Assembly (NCBI GenBank): GCA_002633005.1 | Contig: NMRA01000624.1 | Location: 173,109 to 237,108 of the forward strand | Direction: 5' to 3' | Source: Phoronis australis | Lineage: Eukaryota > Animalia > Phoronida | Length of the DNA stretch: 64,000 nucleotides | In this document: piece by piece, positions 42,701 to 57,700 of the stretch | How the letters are laid out: every line of letters starts with the position of its first letter | Position numbering within the stretch: position 1 is the stretch's first letter | Made by a program: the position numbers and the translations under genes | The notes under the pieces: generated by a model | Databases searched by the model: none | Told to the model about the DNA's origin: nothing | The model's input: the letters and a program-made list of their open reading frames with translations, nothing else

Positions 42701-45700
42701 GTGACGTAAGTTGATTGCACTATATTTAATGTATGGGCTCAAAATTATTGAAAATAGGATTCAGAAAGATATTCCTTGGTAGCTAAGGTGCATTTAGCTT
42801 ACAGTTCATTCATCAGTGATATGATTTCAAAGACTTATACATACATAACGGCGTTTTCCCATTGTCCCCAACTTGTTCGATTCTATAGCCCAATTACAAA
42901 AAGTTGGGTAGAATACCCCTGTAGCTAATATCTTACACGACTGATTAACTCCATTCTGACATTTATGATTGAGTGGTCAGCTCTCTTTTGTTCGATAATT
43001 ACTCTAATCTCCAGTAAGATCATATCTACCCTCACTGGGCTGTGCTGCTAAAATAAAAGTTAAGTTAAAACATATTTGAATATAAGCCATTAGCATTTCG
43101 GAAATTCGCGTCAAATGCTGATGATGTTTAGTTTTTGAATTGCTAAAATCGCTCAACTGCAACCAAAGTTACGACAATCTGTTCCTTCCGAATGTACCAA
43201 TTCGCTTTAGGTTTGACTGTGTTCACACGCGGTCTGTGATAAGCCTGGTAGATAATTGGCTTGCCAGTTGTCATAACAGACAAAAGACACTGTGCTTGTC
43301 AGTTAACAAAGAAGCTGCATGCAGATGTTATCACACGCTTACAACCCTCTACGCCTGGAAAATTCATTGAGCGGAAAAACGCCGTCATTTACATGTATGC
43401 TCCACAAAGAGTGAATTACAGACAAATAAATTATGCTCATGGATACTGGCGTAAACGAGATCCAGTATGAACTCACGGACAAGGGGACGTCAGTTTGTGG
43501 AAGGGGGACGAGGCGAAATTTTTATTAACGTTGGTATGGACACTGTGGTGAATATATTTTCCCCAAGTGATTTTGGTTGATGAAGAAAACTGTGTTTCAA
43601 AATATTGCATTTTCATCGTCGTCGTCGACGTCATCATTTACATGTACATGTACATCGTTGCAGTCGGTGACTATCGTTCTAATTCGGCAAATGTCCTGGA
43701 GCGGGTTAATGTTCACCTCGGCCTCAAACAATTTTTGGACGATGCTGTTTTTCTCATTTTCATCTTTCACCAAAATCCACCATTGGGTTTAGCTTGGTCG
43801 TTGTTGTTGAAAGTTGACTAGTGAAGGGTGCAAGTCAAGCGCATGTTGTTCGTGTCCCTTACGTCTAAATTCAACTGTATTACGTGTTTTATTTGCACGG
43901 TTTAAATCGACCATGGATTGCCTTTTGGCTATTTAAGCGGAAGTGGCTCAGTTGTCATTTAAAAAATAAATTTGAGAACTTCAATACATCCAGAGCTATT
44001 ATCAAGGACTTCTGGGTAACGCTCTCCGTTTTACGTTGCGTAATACCGTTTCCGAGGTATTTGAGATGCTACGGAGGCTTCTCATTTGTTGGTTGATTCC
44101 TCACTTCACTGTCTTTGGTTAACTTTATTTATTCGTTTGTACAACCAACTACTCATATGCTAACATCTACCTACTGTCATGTCTGTCCTCGCCCATTACA
44201 ATAGGTCAATTTTTGAGTTATGTCTGCCCTCTTGATACATTTAGTCCACTTTCACCCATTATATCCACACTTTCTCACGATGTTCACAACCATTCTCGTC
44301 TTTGGCGTCTTTATTTCCGTAGATCATCTTTTTATTCCGCCACCTGTCACTCTTCCATGTTCTTTCGTCTTTGCCATCACAAGTCAGTCTATGCCTGTAA
44401 ATATTACAGAATATCCGTTCGCGGTAAAAATGTGCTAGTATTAAACAAAGACTTGTCTGCGATCAAGCATCATTTCATGAACACAAACAAAGACATTCAA
44501 CTGAAAAGTAAATAAAAATAAATTTCAGCTGACGTAAACGTTTTCTTATCTTAGGCTTGAATTCCAATAGCGAAGCTGCAGCCGAAATGGTTCAGCGATT
44601 GCGCATGCCCGGATATTAGTCAGCCAGGTACATGTATGAGGATTGGCCAATCAGTGAACTTGATACACAGCTCATTGGATCGGATTTACTACATTTGCAT
44701 TAATATGTGGCAAATCCTAATTGTTATCTGCCATTATTTAAAGGAAAGCAATCAATACATTTTTGTTCTTCACGAAACAAGTAATAATTGTGGCTTATCG
44801 GTAGTTGTTCAAAACTTGCCTTATTTTGACTGAACATTTTTCACGAACTTGTTAAATTACACATTCCTTACAAATTCACCAGTTTAACTCGACTTTATTG
44901 CGTGTTAAATATTTTTCAACTTCTAGGTTTTACAACTGACGCAATTTGTATTCCAAAAGGTGCGCTCTCTTGTCTTTACGTGGTTTTTGCACGCAGGTAT
45001 GACTTGGCGGTCCTGGAAGAATTTAATCTCCAAAATTCCGACACGAATTTAAGATTTCCGCAAGGTCAAAATATTTATCATTATAGTTTAGACTAGTTGA
45101 GCTCTATTACTTATAAAGGGATGGAACATAGTAGACACGGAATACAGAACAGAGAATCGGCGGTTAAGGAGTATGATAACCACCTTCCTCTTAGGGTTGT
45201 GTGAAAAATCATCATCTTTTCTTCCGGAAACACATGTGTGTTTATTTTTTGGCACGGCTGCTATCATTCCCATCCAATAAACAGTAGCTGTATTCGTTGG
45301 CAAGGAGTGCTGCCACTTTGATCTCCATTTTCACCTCCCCCCTCCAGACGCAGTATCAAAGTGCAGAATGCCAGGTCTTTTGAGTTTTGTCAAGCAAAAC
45401 ATCTTTCTTCACAACCTCCTGTCAATTGTGGAGTGCTTGTTGTTTCTTCTTCCAGAGTAAATATTGGAAGACAGTTTCCAAGATAGGTTTTTTTGTCTTT
45501 CAAAATCATTAATACTTCATGCGGCGAGGTAGCGGCAAATTTTTAAACTGTCCTATGCTCCAGCTACATGTGTACATGTACCGGAGTCTTTGATCCATTT
45601 TTTACTAAGTTCTTGATCTGGGAGAATTCGTTGTTAGGTAATTTTTTTATGTCATTTGCTGTTATAAATGGAACCAGGCACGCAACCCGTATAACCGTGA

Positions 45701-48700
45701 CCGTTCCTCCCCGCGTTCGCTTGGTGAAATATTTTTTTCACTGAATGATGCCTGCATAATCACAATGCAACAGTTTGGCCCTTTTCTAATATGAAAGGGC
45801 TGCAACTCCACTCATTAAGCTGCGTTTGTTCTGACCCAACATTGCCTTTTTGACCAATTAGTTCCAGTTTGATCAAGTCATCCACTTTCACCCATTATTC
45901 TCATTATAATCAACATAATAATAATGCCACGACCTCAGAGTAATAATCGTAATAACCACAACAGATTCAACAAAAATGGCATTAAAGGAGATTGCCACCC
46001 GATTTAGTTAGCCTTTTTACCGTCTTAATCGTTCCACATCGCCTCTTATACGGTCGACCTCATCTTGCCGAGAGGTGTCGTCTTAACCTGTGATACAGGT
46101 CTCAAACGACGAAGCGACGTCAGTGGTTCGTCTGCAGAGTGAATGCCGCTATATTGCGGTGCATCGTTCCCGCTTGTCCGAAGTATGAAGCTGCGAAGGA
46201 AGCTTGTATATCGTTTTTTCGACTTCCTGGAGAGCCCGAAATGCTTAGAAATAAACTCGCGGTAGTGAAGAATGAAAGGTATGCTCTGAATAGCAAGTAT
46301 GAGGACGTGAAACATCTCCATGTCTGCAGCCGGTATTTCGTCGACAGTGATTTCTCTGACGAATTCCGGCCTACCAATTAACATTCCATACATGTACGTT
46401 CCGTTGCCTGTGCATGTACATGGCGCCTCTCCAGTATTCCTTGATCAGTGTATTCGGGTTCGAACTGATAGCCTGTGAAACCTAACGATCAGACCCGTGA
46501 AGTCTCCGTCGCCTGAGCTCTTGACAAAGTCTGTCTCATTAAATACAATTTGTAATTGGAGTGTTCGTGAGTGCAAATGTTTTGAGAAGCCAGCAGTGAA
46601 TGTAAACCACTAGTTAACGGCTTTTGATGCCGGCAACAAAGTAAGGTAATGACCGGGCACCGAGGCGATGTGAGCGCATGCTACTTCAGTGGTTGCTGAC
46701 AGAAAGCTGTTGTGAAACAATTACTCAATTTTATATGCTATGGTTTCATGTGAGCGGAATCTTTATTTAGAAATACAAATACATTATTCAAATCATACTG
46801 TACAACATTTGCCCTGACGGTCTGTGGAACGGGAACCCGACATCGCGGCCTCCGAAAAGTAAGAATATTTTCAGTTTCGTGGCTAATTCACTTAAATAAT
46901 TACGTGCACATTATTTCTTTTGCTCACTATTATACACTGTAATCTTTTCGTGACTAGAGGTTTAGTTTCCAACTCAAGCTGGTTTATGTTCATGTCAGTC
47001 CCGGCGGCCGCTACGGGCCTGATCGGGCTCCGAGCCACTGGCCGGGATAACCAGCGTTTTGTGTGTTTAGAATTCCATAAAATGCAAGTATAGCAACACA
47101 GATCTAGTTTCCCCTGTCTGTATTTCACGGAAGAATACTTCGAGTTTATCTTCGAACAGACCCAAACTCTTCAGTGCTACGGACCTTGGTAAATTGGCCT
47201 GCCAAACTTTGTAGGCTACAAAGTGTCGAAATACCAGTAAATCCGTAACAGCGAAATAAAACAACACGTTTTTATAAGAACTCGGTCTATTTTTAAGGGT
47301 TTTACATTGAAGTTTTATGATTTATTGGTGTTAAACGATGAATTCAAGCGATAAGCTGACACCAGTAACCCTTGTTGTGAAATGCTGAACAGACTGCATG
47401 TGAAACCAATTACGTCATTGGATAATTTCAACACTTCCGTCTGCCGTCAGGTGACAGGTAGCGCAACCGAGCGTGCCGTTGTCGAGCAGAACTACTCGAT
47501 CTAAATTGATACAAAATAGGTTGTTTTTTGGGTGGCTCTCTCCTCTAACATTGCCATACACAATGGCAGGTACAATACTAAATTCATGCTGTTAATAAGT
47601 AATTGGTGTTTCCAACACATCAGAGATCATGTGGTGCTACTGTTGAGCTCCAGGACGCCTTGAGTTGCGATGACTTTTCAATGAAATTAAGGTAACCTTA
47701 CACTGAGGTGATACTAAAGTGGCTTCGAGTTAACGGATTTTTGGTATTGTGAATAAAATGCGGGTAAGGTAACTTGAACTGAAATAAGTTACATTCGAGT
47801 TAGTCCCCATGAACCCACAATCTAATCACTCGAAGGCAATAAATAGCTGCTGTAGGCTTTTCTCTACCATCGCTTTCACTTACTTGGACGTGTGCTTGCG
47901 GCATTAAAATAGTTTTATTTTGAATTAACCATAACTTGAATGGGTAACGAGCAAATGATGACGTTTCATAGGATCGCGACCGTGTGTGGACTTAAAAGAC
48001 AACTGTGATGCTTACCCAGATGATATGTGCACCAATCACTTGTATAAAGGTTTTGCGAGAACCAATTGCGAAGCTTTCTGCGGCTTTTGTATAGGGCCGT
48101 CGACAACGACGGGTAAGTATGAGGCGAAAACCTGGGCTCTGAATGGAAAAAGAAATTGAACTAGGTTTAAAGACAACTTGCGTTTCAGGGCCACACTGCC
48201 TCAACATGTCCAATTATACCCGATATGTCCATTTAACTTGCATGTACTGTATTCTGCCCATGTTCACTAATGAGGAGATTGTTGTGCAATCGTCTCGTCT
48301 GCTCTTCAGTGAATTGCAAAGTGCGAGGAAACCACAGTTATTTCACCAGAAAAAATAAACTGTCAACTAAAAAGTATTTCAATGTTGTACAGTATGGATA
48401 TTATTGTAAAGGAGTATACAATAAAAAGCAAGTAATAAAAATATGAAATTATGTACATTCACGTTAACGTTCTCTCTTCCCAAGTGCTATTCAAGACCAT
48501 CGGCATTCTCACGCCACTTTCTGTTTTCAATCACCAGACTTCAGCCAGGGCAGACTCGCCTGTAGGTTTGTCTTATGGGAAAGTCGCCCAGCGACGTAAT
48601 AAGATTATGAAATATGTAAAAAGCGCACAGACACCTCTATTGCCACAGGTCGTGGGTCAAGGGTTTCGTGGGTCGTGGGTAGAGGGGGTGGAGGGGTGTG

Positions 48701-51700
48701 GGGGTCGAAGGGGTTTCAGTACAATCCCGAATGAGGCACATTCTAAACCATGAAATTTTAGCCCGTTATGTCGACTTCAAACCTGTGATTAAGGATAAGG
48801 TATATTTCGCACGTTTAAAGCGGCTGTGTGTTTGAATAGTACAAATGTTTTGTTTAGTAATTCTACGTCATCATAGCACAATCAATTAGTGTATTTTTCA
48901 TTGCATAGACAGTGTTTAAATGCAATACGATGATAAATTAATCAGCAGTTTTAATTAACTGAGGACATGTTTTTGTTCCAGAATTCACACCTCCAAAAAG
49001 AAGTAAGTATCTCGATTCACTCTTACTTTATTACAACATAAATCTTCTATTGTTTCATTGCACGTGAATAAACAGGATTATACCTTCTAGGAATTTTTCG
49101 TCGCACTCAGCATGTCACAATTCCCATCCGACTGATACGATGAATACACAAACCACTTTTGCTGTGCGTATTTCTTTAACGTCGTTGTCTCACTAAAATC
49201 CGTCGCAAATTGACACGGTGGCACTTAGTTTTTGTACTGTATGTTTTCACCTTAATGAGTCGGCTGTTTATGACCTATCTTGCCCATTTTGAACCACTAT
49301 TATTGTTTTCATCCATCATTTCCAATTACTCCAGGGAAATCCATTTTAACCCGTTAAGTAGTGGCCCATGAGAGGACCAGCCAACCACCGACAAAGTGGA
49401 AATCAGCCGATTTGCACCAAAGTTGTCGCATAGGTAGTCTTTACGGAGATTCAGTGGTAAAAATACTTTTTAAAATACCTGTGTCCCAACGGAGATATAT
49501 GTTATAGCTATGTTGAACCAGTCTTTTCACACCCAAAATCTGTGGATTTTGAACTTTCTATTTGTTCCTCGGAGGAAAAATTAAATATTTATTTAATTTT
49601 GTTTAGTAATGCTGGTGGATATAGTGTCGTGAAAGAAAACAATGGTTTGTCACCAATAGTAATTTCAGCACACTACCCACAAGGCCGTTTCGTACCTACC
49701 GTATGTTATTTATATTACTACAGTGAGGATTATGAAACTTGCCATAAATACTGCCAAAGGAGGAGAGATTTATCATATAAAAAACTTTCACTCAACAGCC
49801 AGTCCTCGATTTTTTGCAAGAAATTGTTTTGGGACTTCTTCTTTCTGATGGCCGTGCACCTTTCAAATCATCGATGACCCCCTTGCTCCCAACGTATCAG
49901 ATACGGTGCATGGCTCTTTTTGCACAAAACATAGATTATGCTTACCCTAATGGAAGCGTTAATACTAAATTTCTCAAATTGTATCAGCTACAGAATCAGA
50001 CACAGTATCAGATACAGCATCAGACACGGTATCGGATACACCATCTGATACAGTACCAGATGCAGTGTCGGATGCAGTATTAGTACGTATCATATACAAT
50101 GTATCTGTACTAAAAAGCTATTATGCGTACCCTAATGGAAGCGGCAAAACTTAATTGTTGTCCAATCCTTTGTATAGCTGACACCTGTTGTTGCATTCGA
50201 CAGATATTGTCTCGCATTCGACATAACCAACAGCAACCATAAGTTTGGCGTAAATGGATGGAACATTTGAACCCCTGACAAAATATCTCCGATAGATCAG
50301 CTCCGGTTACTGTAATTCTACAATTGTTGTAATCATAAATAATTTAAGGTTTTACAATTCGGCTTTCATCAAAGGCGAATCCATAAAGGATCATGTTCTC
50401 ATGTTTTTAATATGCTGCTGTCCCACATAATAGATTACGCATACCCTAATAATAACGAATTAGTAACATACTGAATTCCAAGGTATAGCGAGTCACTTAA
50501 CAACTAACATAAAATCATATGCCTAATCAGTAACTGAAATACTGAAAGAAAAATCTTACCTGCTCATACAAAAAATGCTAACGCCAACATACATGTACAT
50601 GTATTTATACAAAAGATTTCGATTAGGACTGACTACCAACTACAGTATAGCCGGATAAACTACAAGTGTACTAACTCTATTTCTGCGTAAGTTTATTTCT
50701 ATTAAATAAAAAACGTGAGAATTAGTAGGCAATAGAATTGGCTGCGTTAAACAGTAATTATATTTGTACAGCCTCCACCATGACGTTTAGTTCACATAAC
50801 CTTAGCGCAGTCCTATGTTTAGTGTTGAGGCAGAAACAAACTCGATTGAGAGGCTGCGTGTGAACTCTTCGGAGCACAGTTCCCATTGGGCGGGGCTTTT
50901 TCGAATACGACCATTTCCTCTTATCTTGTATTCGTTGCTAATTGGGATGATTCACAGGAGGCTCTTAAATTTCATATTCATCAATCTTTCTGTGCGAAAT
51001 ATTCTTGAATGCAAAAACACCTTCGTAAAGTTAACGCTGTCATTCGGGTTCTATTTTGAACGAATGACCTTTGTCTTGTTCAAAGTCTATTAACAATTGT
51101 GGACCGAGATATTTTGCCATAGCGTGATTGTCGACTATTAAGTCTACTGTAACTCAAAATATCCACTTTCGAAGACGGGATCTTCATTCCATTTACCATA
51201 TCAGTCAACACGTCCAGTAGAGGGTCAGCCTCAGGCGAAATGACCGACACACTGGGTGATTTTTCATATTGGCGCTCTCTAGATTACCGAGAGCACGAAA
51301 ATGACTTCCGATTGATTCAGGTTTGGTGGACAGGAATTCGATTACTACATAGGGGTTCATAAATATAGATACAGATGAAAAGATTCCAATGTGAGTCATA
51401 ATCATTGCTTGATGAGTTGAAGTACACTGATTCATTTTAACTTGTTTGGCACCGGCTGGGATCTCCCGCTTTATTAGCTGCAGCCACTGACTTTGTAGCG
51501 GATACATTTTTGCAGCACGTAATTTTCCAGCACTGTAATAGAGGAAAAGGGGTTATGAGCGAACTATGTACGAGGTTGAAACCTTTCGTCCGCATTACAC
51601 AAGTTATGTAGGTGGTGCTGACCATCTGTCCAACAAAGACCTGATCGCCGTCTGCCCAATCGTTGAATTTCAAAATATCGCAGTTATATCGAAAGTCAGA

Positions 51701-54700
51701 TATCGAATGCATAAATCATAGATCTGCTGGTGGGTTGGACTCTACCACTTCAATTTGACGTCCCAGTCTCGAAAAACCAAAGTAAACGTCCCGTTTCTGT
51801 GTACCGCTGGCGTATATCGCTTTGTTTGCGCTGTTCAGCCTACAGCTGTTTTCTTCGACTTTTACCTGCACTGCTTTTAGTCTTTCGCATTTTTCACAGG
51901 AGTGCAGAAAACCTGTCACTATTGTTCGGCGCATGCCTGTATATGTAACACAATCTAAAGAGTTGGCATTTGCTTTGCAAAAAAATAATAATACATTAGC
52001 ATTCAACTAGAGATACTTCGTCAGGAATCTGCCAGGCACTGCCAATGTTGTACTTTAAAGTGTCGCAACAAAGGGTGCTTCTTTGTCGAATTTTGCCGGC
52101 CGTCTAATGTGACGTTATTGCCCGCGTGGGTCATTAAGTAATTACGAATACATTGTGCAGTACTATTGTTGTAGCAAGTTCAAAACCCTTCATGGTGGAA
52201 CACTTCTGAAGATTTTGTCAGAAGTTAGCCAAAATTGTAAGGGATTTTAGGAGACATGAAATATATATATATATATATATATATATATTGCATCGCGTTT
52301 TTGTGCGCAGAAACTTTGTCTACTATCCCATTCGTCAATACACGAAGTAACTTTGGATCTTCTTGATTCTACACTATAACACAGGATATCTGCACAGCAA
52401 ACAGTATCTCTAAATAATTTGGGCTAATCGGGGGGCATTAAGCGGATGATTTTATTGTGTGTATGCTCCATTTTGTCTTTTTTCAAATACAGCTGCAGTA
52501 CCTCTTCCTCAGAGACCGGCTGGCGATTGCAAGGACAAATTCAAATACCACTTTTCCGGCAAACATTCAGCTTGCTTTGCAAGATCTTCGAAACACAAAG
52601 CCATCACAGGTAAATTTTGAACTGAGAATAGTCTGTTGGTCACTTTCACAATGGCTTAAGTGCCGTATTCATCCACACTGCACTGTGTTGGACACCTGTT
52701 CCATTCCACCTAAACCTAATATTAATGCCATGACCCAAACTGCTGGACATTTTTCATCCTTTGTTAATGGTGTTTGTCAAATTGGTCAACCTTTGTTATC
52801 CTAAGCTAATGACGTTTCATCAAACTGATCGACATTTATCACCATAAGCTTTGACGTTTTGCTAAATTGGTCGACGTTTGTCATCCTAAGCTAATGACTT
52901 TTCGTCAAACTGATCAACGTTTGTCAACCTAGGCTAATTGCTTTTCGTCAATTGATAGATATTGGTCATGCTATGCTAATGACATTTCGCCAACTTGATC
53001 GACCTTTTTCATCATATGCTAATGTTTTTTCGTTGCTTGATAGCAAGCTGCAAAGTCAGTGGACCAGTATTTTCCTTTTTAGAACTGCGAGTTAGCGATC
53101 CTAGATATACTGTATATATATACATGTACATGTATATACAAGAACACCGAGTACCAAATGGAAATTTTCGTTGATTTTATACAAGCAGAACGTTCACCGG
53201 TGTTCAATAGGTCTCATCCACTTTAAAACAGTCACAAGCCTGCTTCCTCCGCTGCTCGAACTGTAGACTAAACATATAAGCTCGCCCCCTTTTCATGAAA
53301 TACCTATTAGCTTCGTCACCCACCACATGCTGTTTGCAATAAACCCTGGTCATGCAACTTCTACGGGAAGACAGAAACATTTCCACCCATTCGCTGCACT
53401 TTCCTGCAATAGCTCTTCATTCTCAAGTAGTTTCCTCTCGTAATCATCCTGCACCTTAAGTCTCCCACTGAACAGTTAACTCAATTAGGATCAGTACCTA
53501 CTTGCTTTCTTACAACACTATGTCTTGTCTCAACTGGGTGACAGTTACAACAACATGGGCGGCGCAGCACTGAGAAAATAGGGGCTAAAGCAACCCCCCA
53601 TCCCCGTATGGTACGTCCCCCATGGACAATGAGTGAGGAACAAGATGAATTCCATTTATTACAAGACGTTGTCTTAATCAAACATTTTTTGACATAGTGG
53701 CACAAGTTCATTTGCCAATGGTATGTTTACATTTGCTGTACTTGATGTTTAGCTGTGTAAATGTAGAAACAGTTCCTGGAGTTTTGACACTCTTTGCTAA
53801 AAAAGTTCTTTTTCATGTTTTTTTTTTCATTTCTCAGGAGTCAGCGATAAAAACAAGAAACTTATAGTATCTCTGCACAACAAAGTACGTTCCGAAGTGT
53901 CCGATGCCAAATTCATGCTGAAAATGGTGAGAAGAACCGGTAGAAAATTTGAAACCTGTGCGCTTGTGCTTTGAAGCAATTGCATGCACGCATAAAATAC
54001 ACATGTACACTGTACGTCTACATGTACACTGACGTCACTGTTTCACGGTATATTTATATTTGCCTTTAAACTTCACTTGAAATCTAAATTATGAGTAATA
54101 TATTCATTGTTACGGTTTCAATGTTAATTTTACATGTATGGAGCACTGAATGTACTAAATTGGTAGTCCAAGCTGAAGTCATGAGAGCTCTAAAGTGCCT
54201 TCTCCTTACCCTAAAACTGGATGTTATGTCAAAGTATCAAAGAGCAATCGCTCTACTTAATCGCAAGAATGTGTCTATTCTAAAGCAATTGCTTAAAAAA
54301 AACTATTCTTGTGTGCCCAGTTGTATTATATATAATTTAATCGCGAAAACTCAGGGAGGTCACTTTAAATGTACCGTAATAAGCTTGTGTACTTCTATAT
54401 AGAGATGGGACGATGAAGTAGCTATGGTGGCACAACGATGGGCGGAAGTATGTAAATTTGCTCATGACAGCGATCGGTCGATACCAGGTAAATCTTTATT
54501 CAACAAAATAATTAGAAAGTTAAATATAGTTTGCCCAGAAAGCGATTCATGTATACATGCATCTATTAGGTAGATTCATTGTGTCCAGGTAGTGTGTTCA
54601 CCGGTACGATTGAATGCTTGAAACTTAATTCCACATACTGCGCTACGTTTACTTTCATTGTTTTGCTTATGTTTCGTGATTCTCTGGCATTGTTCTTTGA

Positions 54701-57700
54701 CACGGCAGATTGGATTGAGCTATAACACTGGCCGAGATGGCGTTCATTGACTACTTGTTTGAAGGGGAAGTCCCAGAGGTCCAACATTGGGCTTTTTACG
54801 TTTGATTGAATAATTATACGGTCGATTAATTTTGAAGCTTTTGGACGGGCTGCACGCGATTTCCAAACAGCGCGTTTAAGAACCGTACCTTCAACTGTCA
54901 AAATACGAACATATCTGGTTATAAATAAGGCGATTTCCGTTAACGTGCTGTGTAGGTTTCACGCAAATGGCTTTGGATTTTGTTTTAAAAGAAAATACGA
55001 TTTTTTACATGACGCTAGATTGGAAGTCCCGGATGTTGATGGATGACTGCTAGGAGTTACCCAATTTCTGTCTTGATAAATGAGTTGCGCCTACAGTATA
55101 CAGTGGCTCAGTAAACATGTGGGATGTCAAATTTATCCACAAAGACGTTTTCATACATAACGCATTGTTGGGACTTTTTATGTTTTAGGTCGCTTCTATG
55201 TTGGCCAAAACATTGCATATTACTCGGTGCGTAGTACCAATTGGCCATTTATAATAAAACTCTGGGCAGACGAGAAACAGTATTATACGCACGGCGATAA
55301 GTGGAATGAAACATTTGGACATTACACACAGGTCAGTCTATTGAACATCCACCGTGCACCTTCCCTACGCTAAACGTCCAATTAAATACATGTACATGTA
55401 ACACACACGCATAACAGCAGTTGGAAAACGCATCTTGCATTTGCTGTTCTTTTGTCTTGCACCACATACATGTATGTACATGTAGTTGCAGCTAAACCCC
55501 ACGCGGCGTCTGATTAACGACGGTTCGCTTTCGCACAGGACCCTTTCGTATTAGTAAAAGTCTATGGTTTAGCCACCGGTCTGTTTATGGTATCGGAATA
55601 GTAAGCTAAAAAGTAAGCGCCGCTGATCCCTACAAGTTTCATTTCCTTAAGACTTGTTATATCAGATACTCTAGTGGGGTGATATAAAAAGGTTGGTAAA
55701 GCAACGACACATCAATTACAACTATGGAGGACTGCGGTTTCAAAATTAAGACAAGTTCAAATCCAACCTGTACTAAATTAAACCAATTTAAACGTTAATA
55801 TGCTGTTTTGTCCGGTAATTAGACTCAAACGTATAAGGGTGGTCTCGGATTAACGTGCGACACTCGAATACCCCTGTCTTTGCCCACAACGTGGTAATAT
55901 CCGTAGAGCACTCCGCTCGTGTTCGCACAATTGAGCTCCACGAGTTCTTTATCTTTGTCGTATTCTTTACGAGTTTTTTCTCGGTTACGTTACTCTATTC
56001 GTCCTTTCAATGCCAACGAAGTATCACTGATGTGCTCAGAAATGACACTCTGGCCGGAGAAAGTTGAATAAACTTAGATACCGTGGACGGGTTAATTTCT
56101 TTGCTTTCCCGTCTTCAATTAACGAAAAGCAAATGCGGAGCAAATTCATCGGGCTCATTTGGAATCGAAATAATCCGCTTCCTTGAAAACTCTTTCCATT
56201 TTCCGGTACTTTTAAAAATGTTGAAATCGAAAATATTCCCGCTGCAATAAATTTCGACGGTTTCCGACATAACCTCAATGTAAAAATGTGCCTGACGTTT
56301 AAAACGAGGCGGTTGATTACTCCCCCCCCCCGGGCAAAAGAGACTTCTATTGCTGTGGAAGCCGGGTTGTCCCTATTACAATAATATGGAATCGTGTTAT
56401 TAATTTCGAGGAAGATAGACACATCTAGTACTCTCAAGTTTAGATTAAATATCCACGATTGTTGTGAATGTAAATTATTTACAATTATGTGAAATGATAT
56501 TATCAGGAAAACTGCATTTCACATGAAACATATTTTGAGCTACGGAAAATTTTCATTTGCATATGAACACTGTGGTCTCTTTTTAGTCCTCTTGAAATGC
56601 GTGCACACATGTAGTTGGAATAGTTAAATTACCACTTTCTTCTAAATGTCACCGTATCTAGAATTTTTACTGAAAATTTGTACCAAAAGGCACCAAAGAT
56701 CCAATTAATTCATAGAATTTCATAGTTTTGGATAAATGCCTTACTAAACTCATCACAGCAACTCTACAGGGTTTATATTATAAAACTTCCGTTGCCTTGA
56801 TAGTGTACAAATCTTTCGTGAAACATTGAAAATATTCGTCTGCTGGTTTAATTTGATGTTACTATTATATTCTTTTCATTTCGCATTTTGCAACATTATT
56901 GTTTTTAGAAATAAAAAATATATTTAAAACCTATCGAGTATGCAAAATGATAAGTATATATGATTTAAATTATTTATGGTTTGCTTCTGCTATTATCAAT
57001 CAAATCAAGAAATGATGAAGGGTTTCCTTATCATGTGACTCTTATGCAATTCAGTTGAAAAACGGTGGAGTTGTGAAAAGTTTTAGTAATAGTTTTAACT
57101 ATAAAAAATCCAAAAGAATAGCCAAAACCGAGCACTCGATTGCATACAAATGTCACGCATGCGTTTGGGCAACCTCTACAGCGTGAGATCGAAGCTGGTA
57201 TTCCAGAGCTGGAGTTCTGTGCTATTGCATTACCAAGATTCAAACACTTACTAAAACAATTCGTCAACGGGTAACATGAACAGAAGATTAACACAGAAAA
57301 TTGACTTTTTATCGCCTTCTGTAGGGTATTACTTTTTGCGAGGAATTCATTTTCAGACACCTTGAAATTTAAAAAATCGTAAATTGTGGTACACGGTATA
57401 CCAGTTTATTTTAGTCAGTGTTAAGCTGTAGCAATCGTGGCAATCCCTCTACTCCGCACAACATGGATTACATTATAGACTATATTTCTTGGTAAGAGGG
57501 CCTGTTGACGATAGCAGGATCTACAGTACTACAACCTTATTGACGTCAGCTAAGAGGTGCCCTGAAACGGACTCAATTTGTATTAGCACTCGAAGATTTT
57601 TACATTGCAGATGGTGACTGCTGGGACCTATTTGATAGGATGTGGCGAAGCCATCTGCGAAGGCATTGGCCATTACTATGTGTGTAACTATGCACCCGGG

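Noticed and set aside
52770-53030. 43-bp tandem repeat as a hammerhead array
   Set aside because: It contains CTGAT and TTTC fragments but no correctly ordered CUGANGA...GAAA core with stems.
53200-53720. Minus-strand Cys-rich remnant (CCCNCHPVET...) as a gene
   Set aside because: Frameshifted and short; it may be a transposon accessory-gene relic but cannot be supported from the sequence alone.
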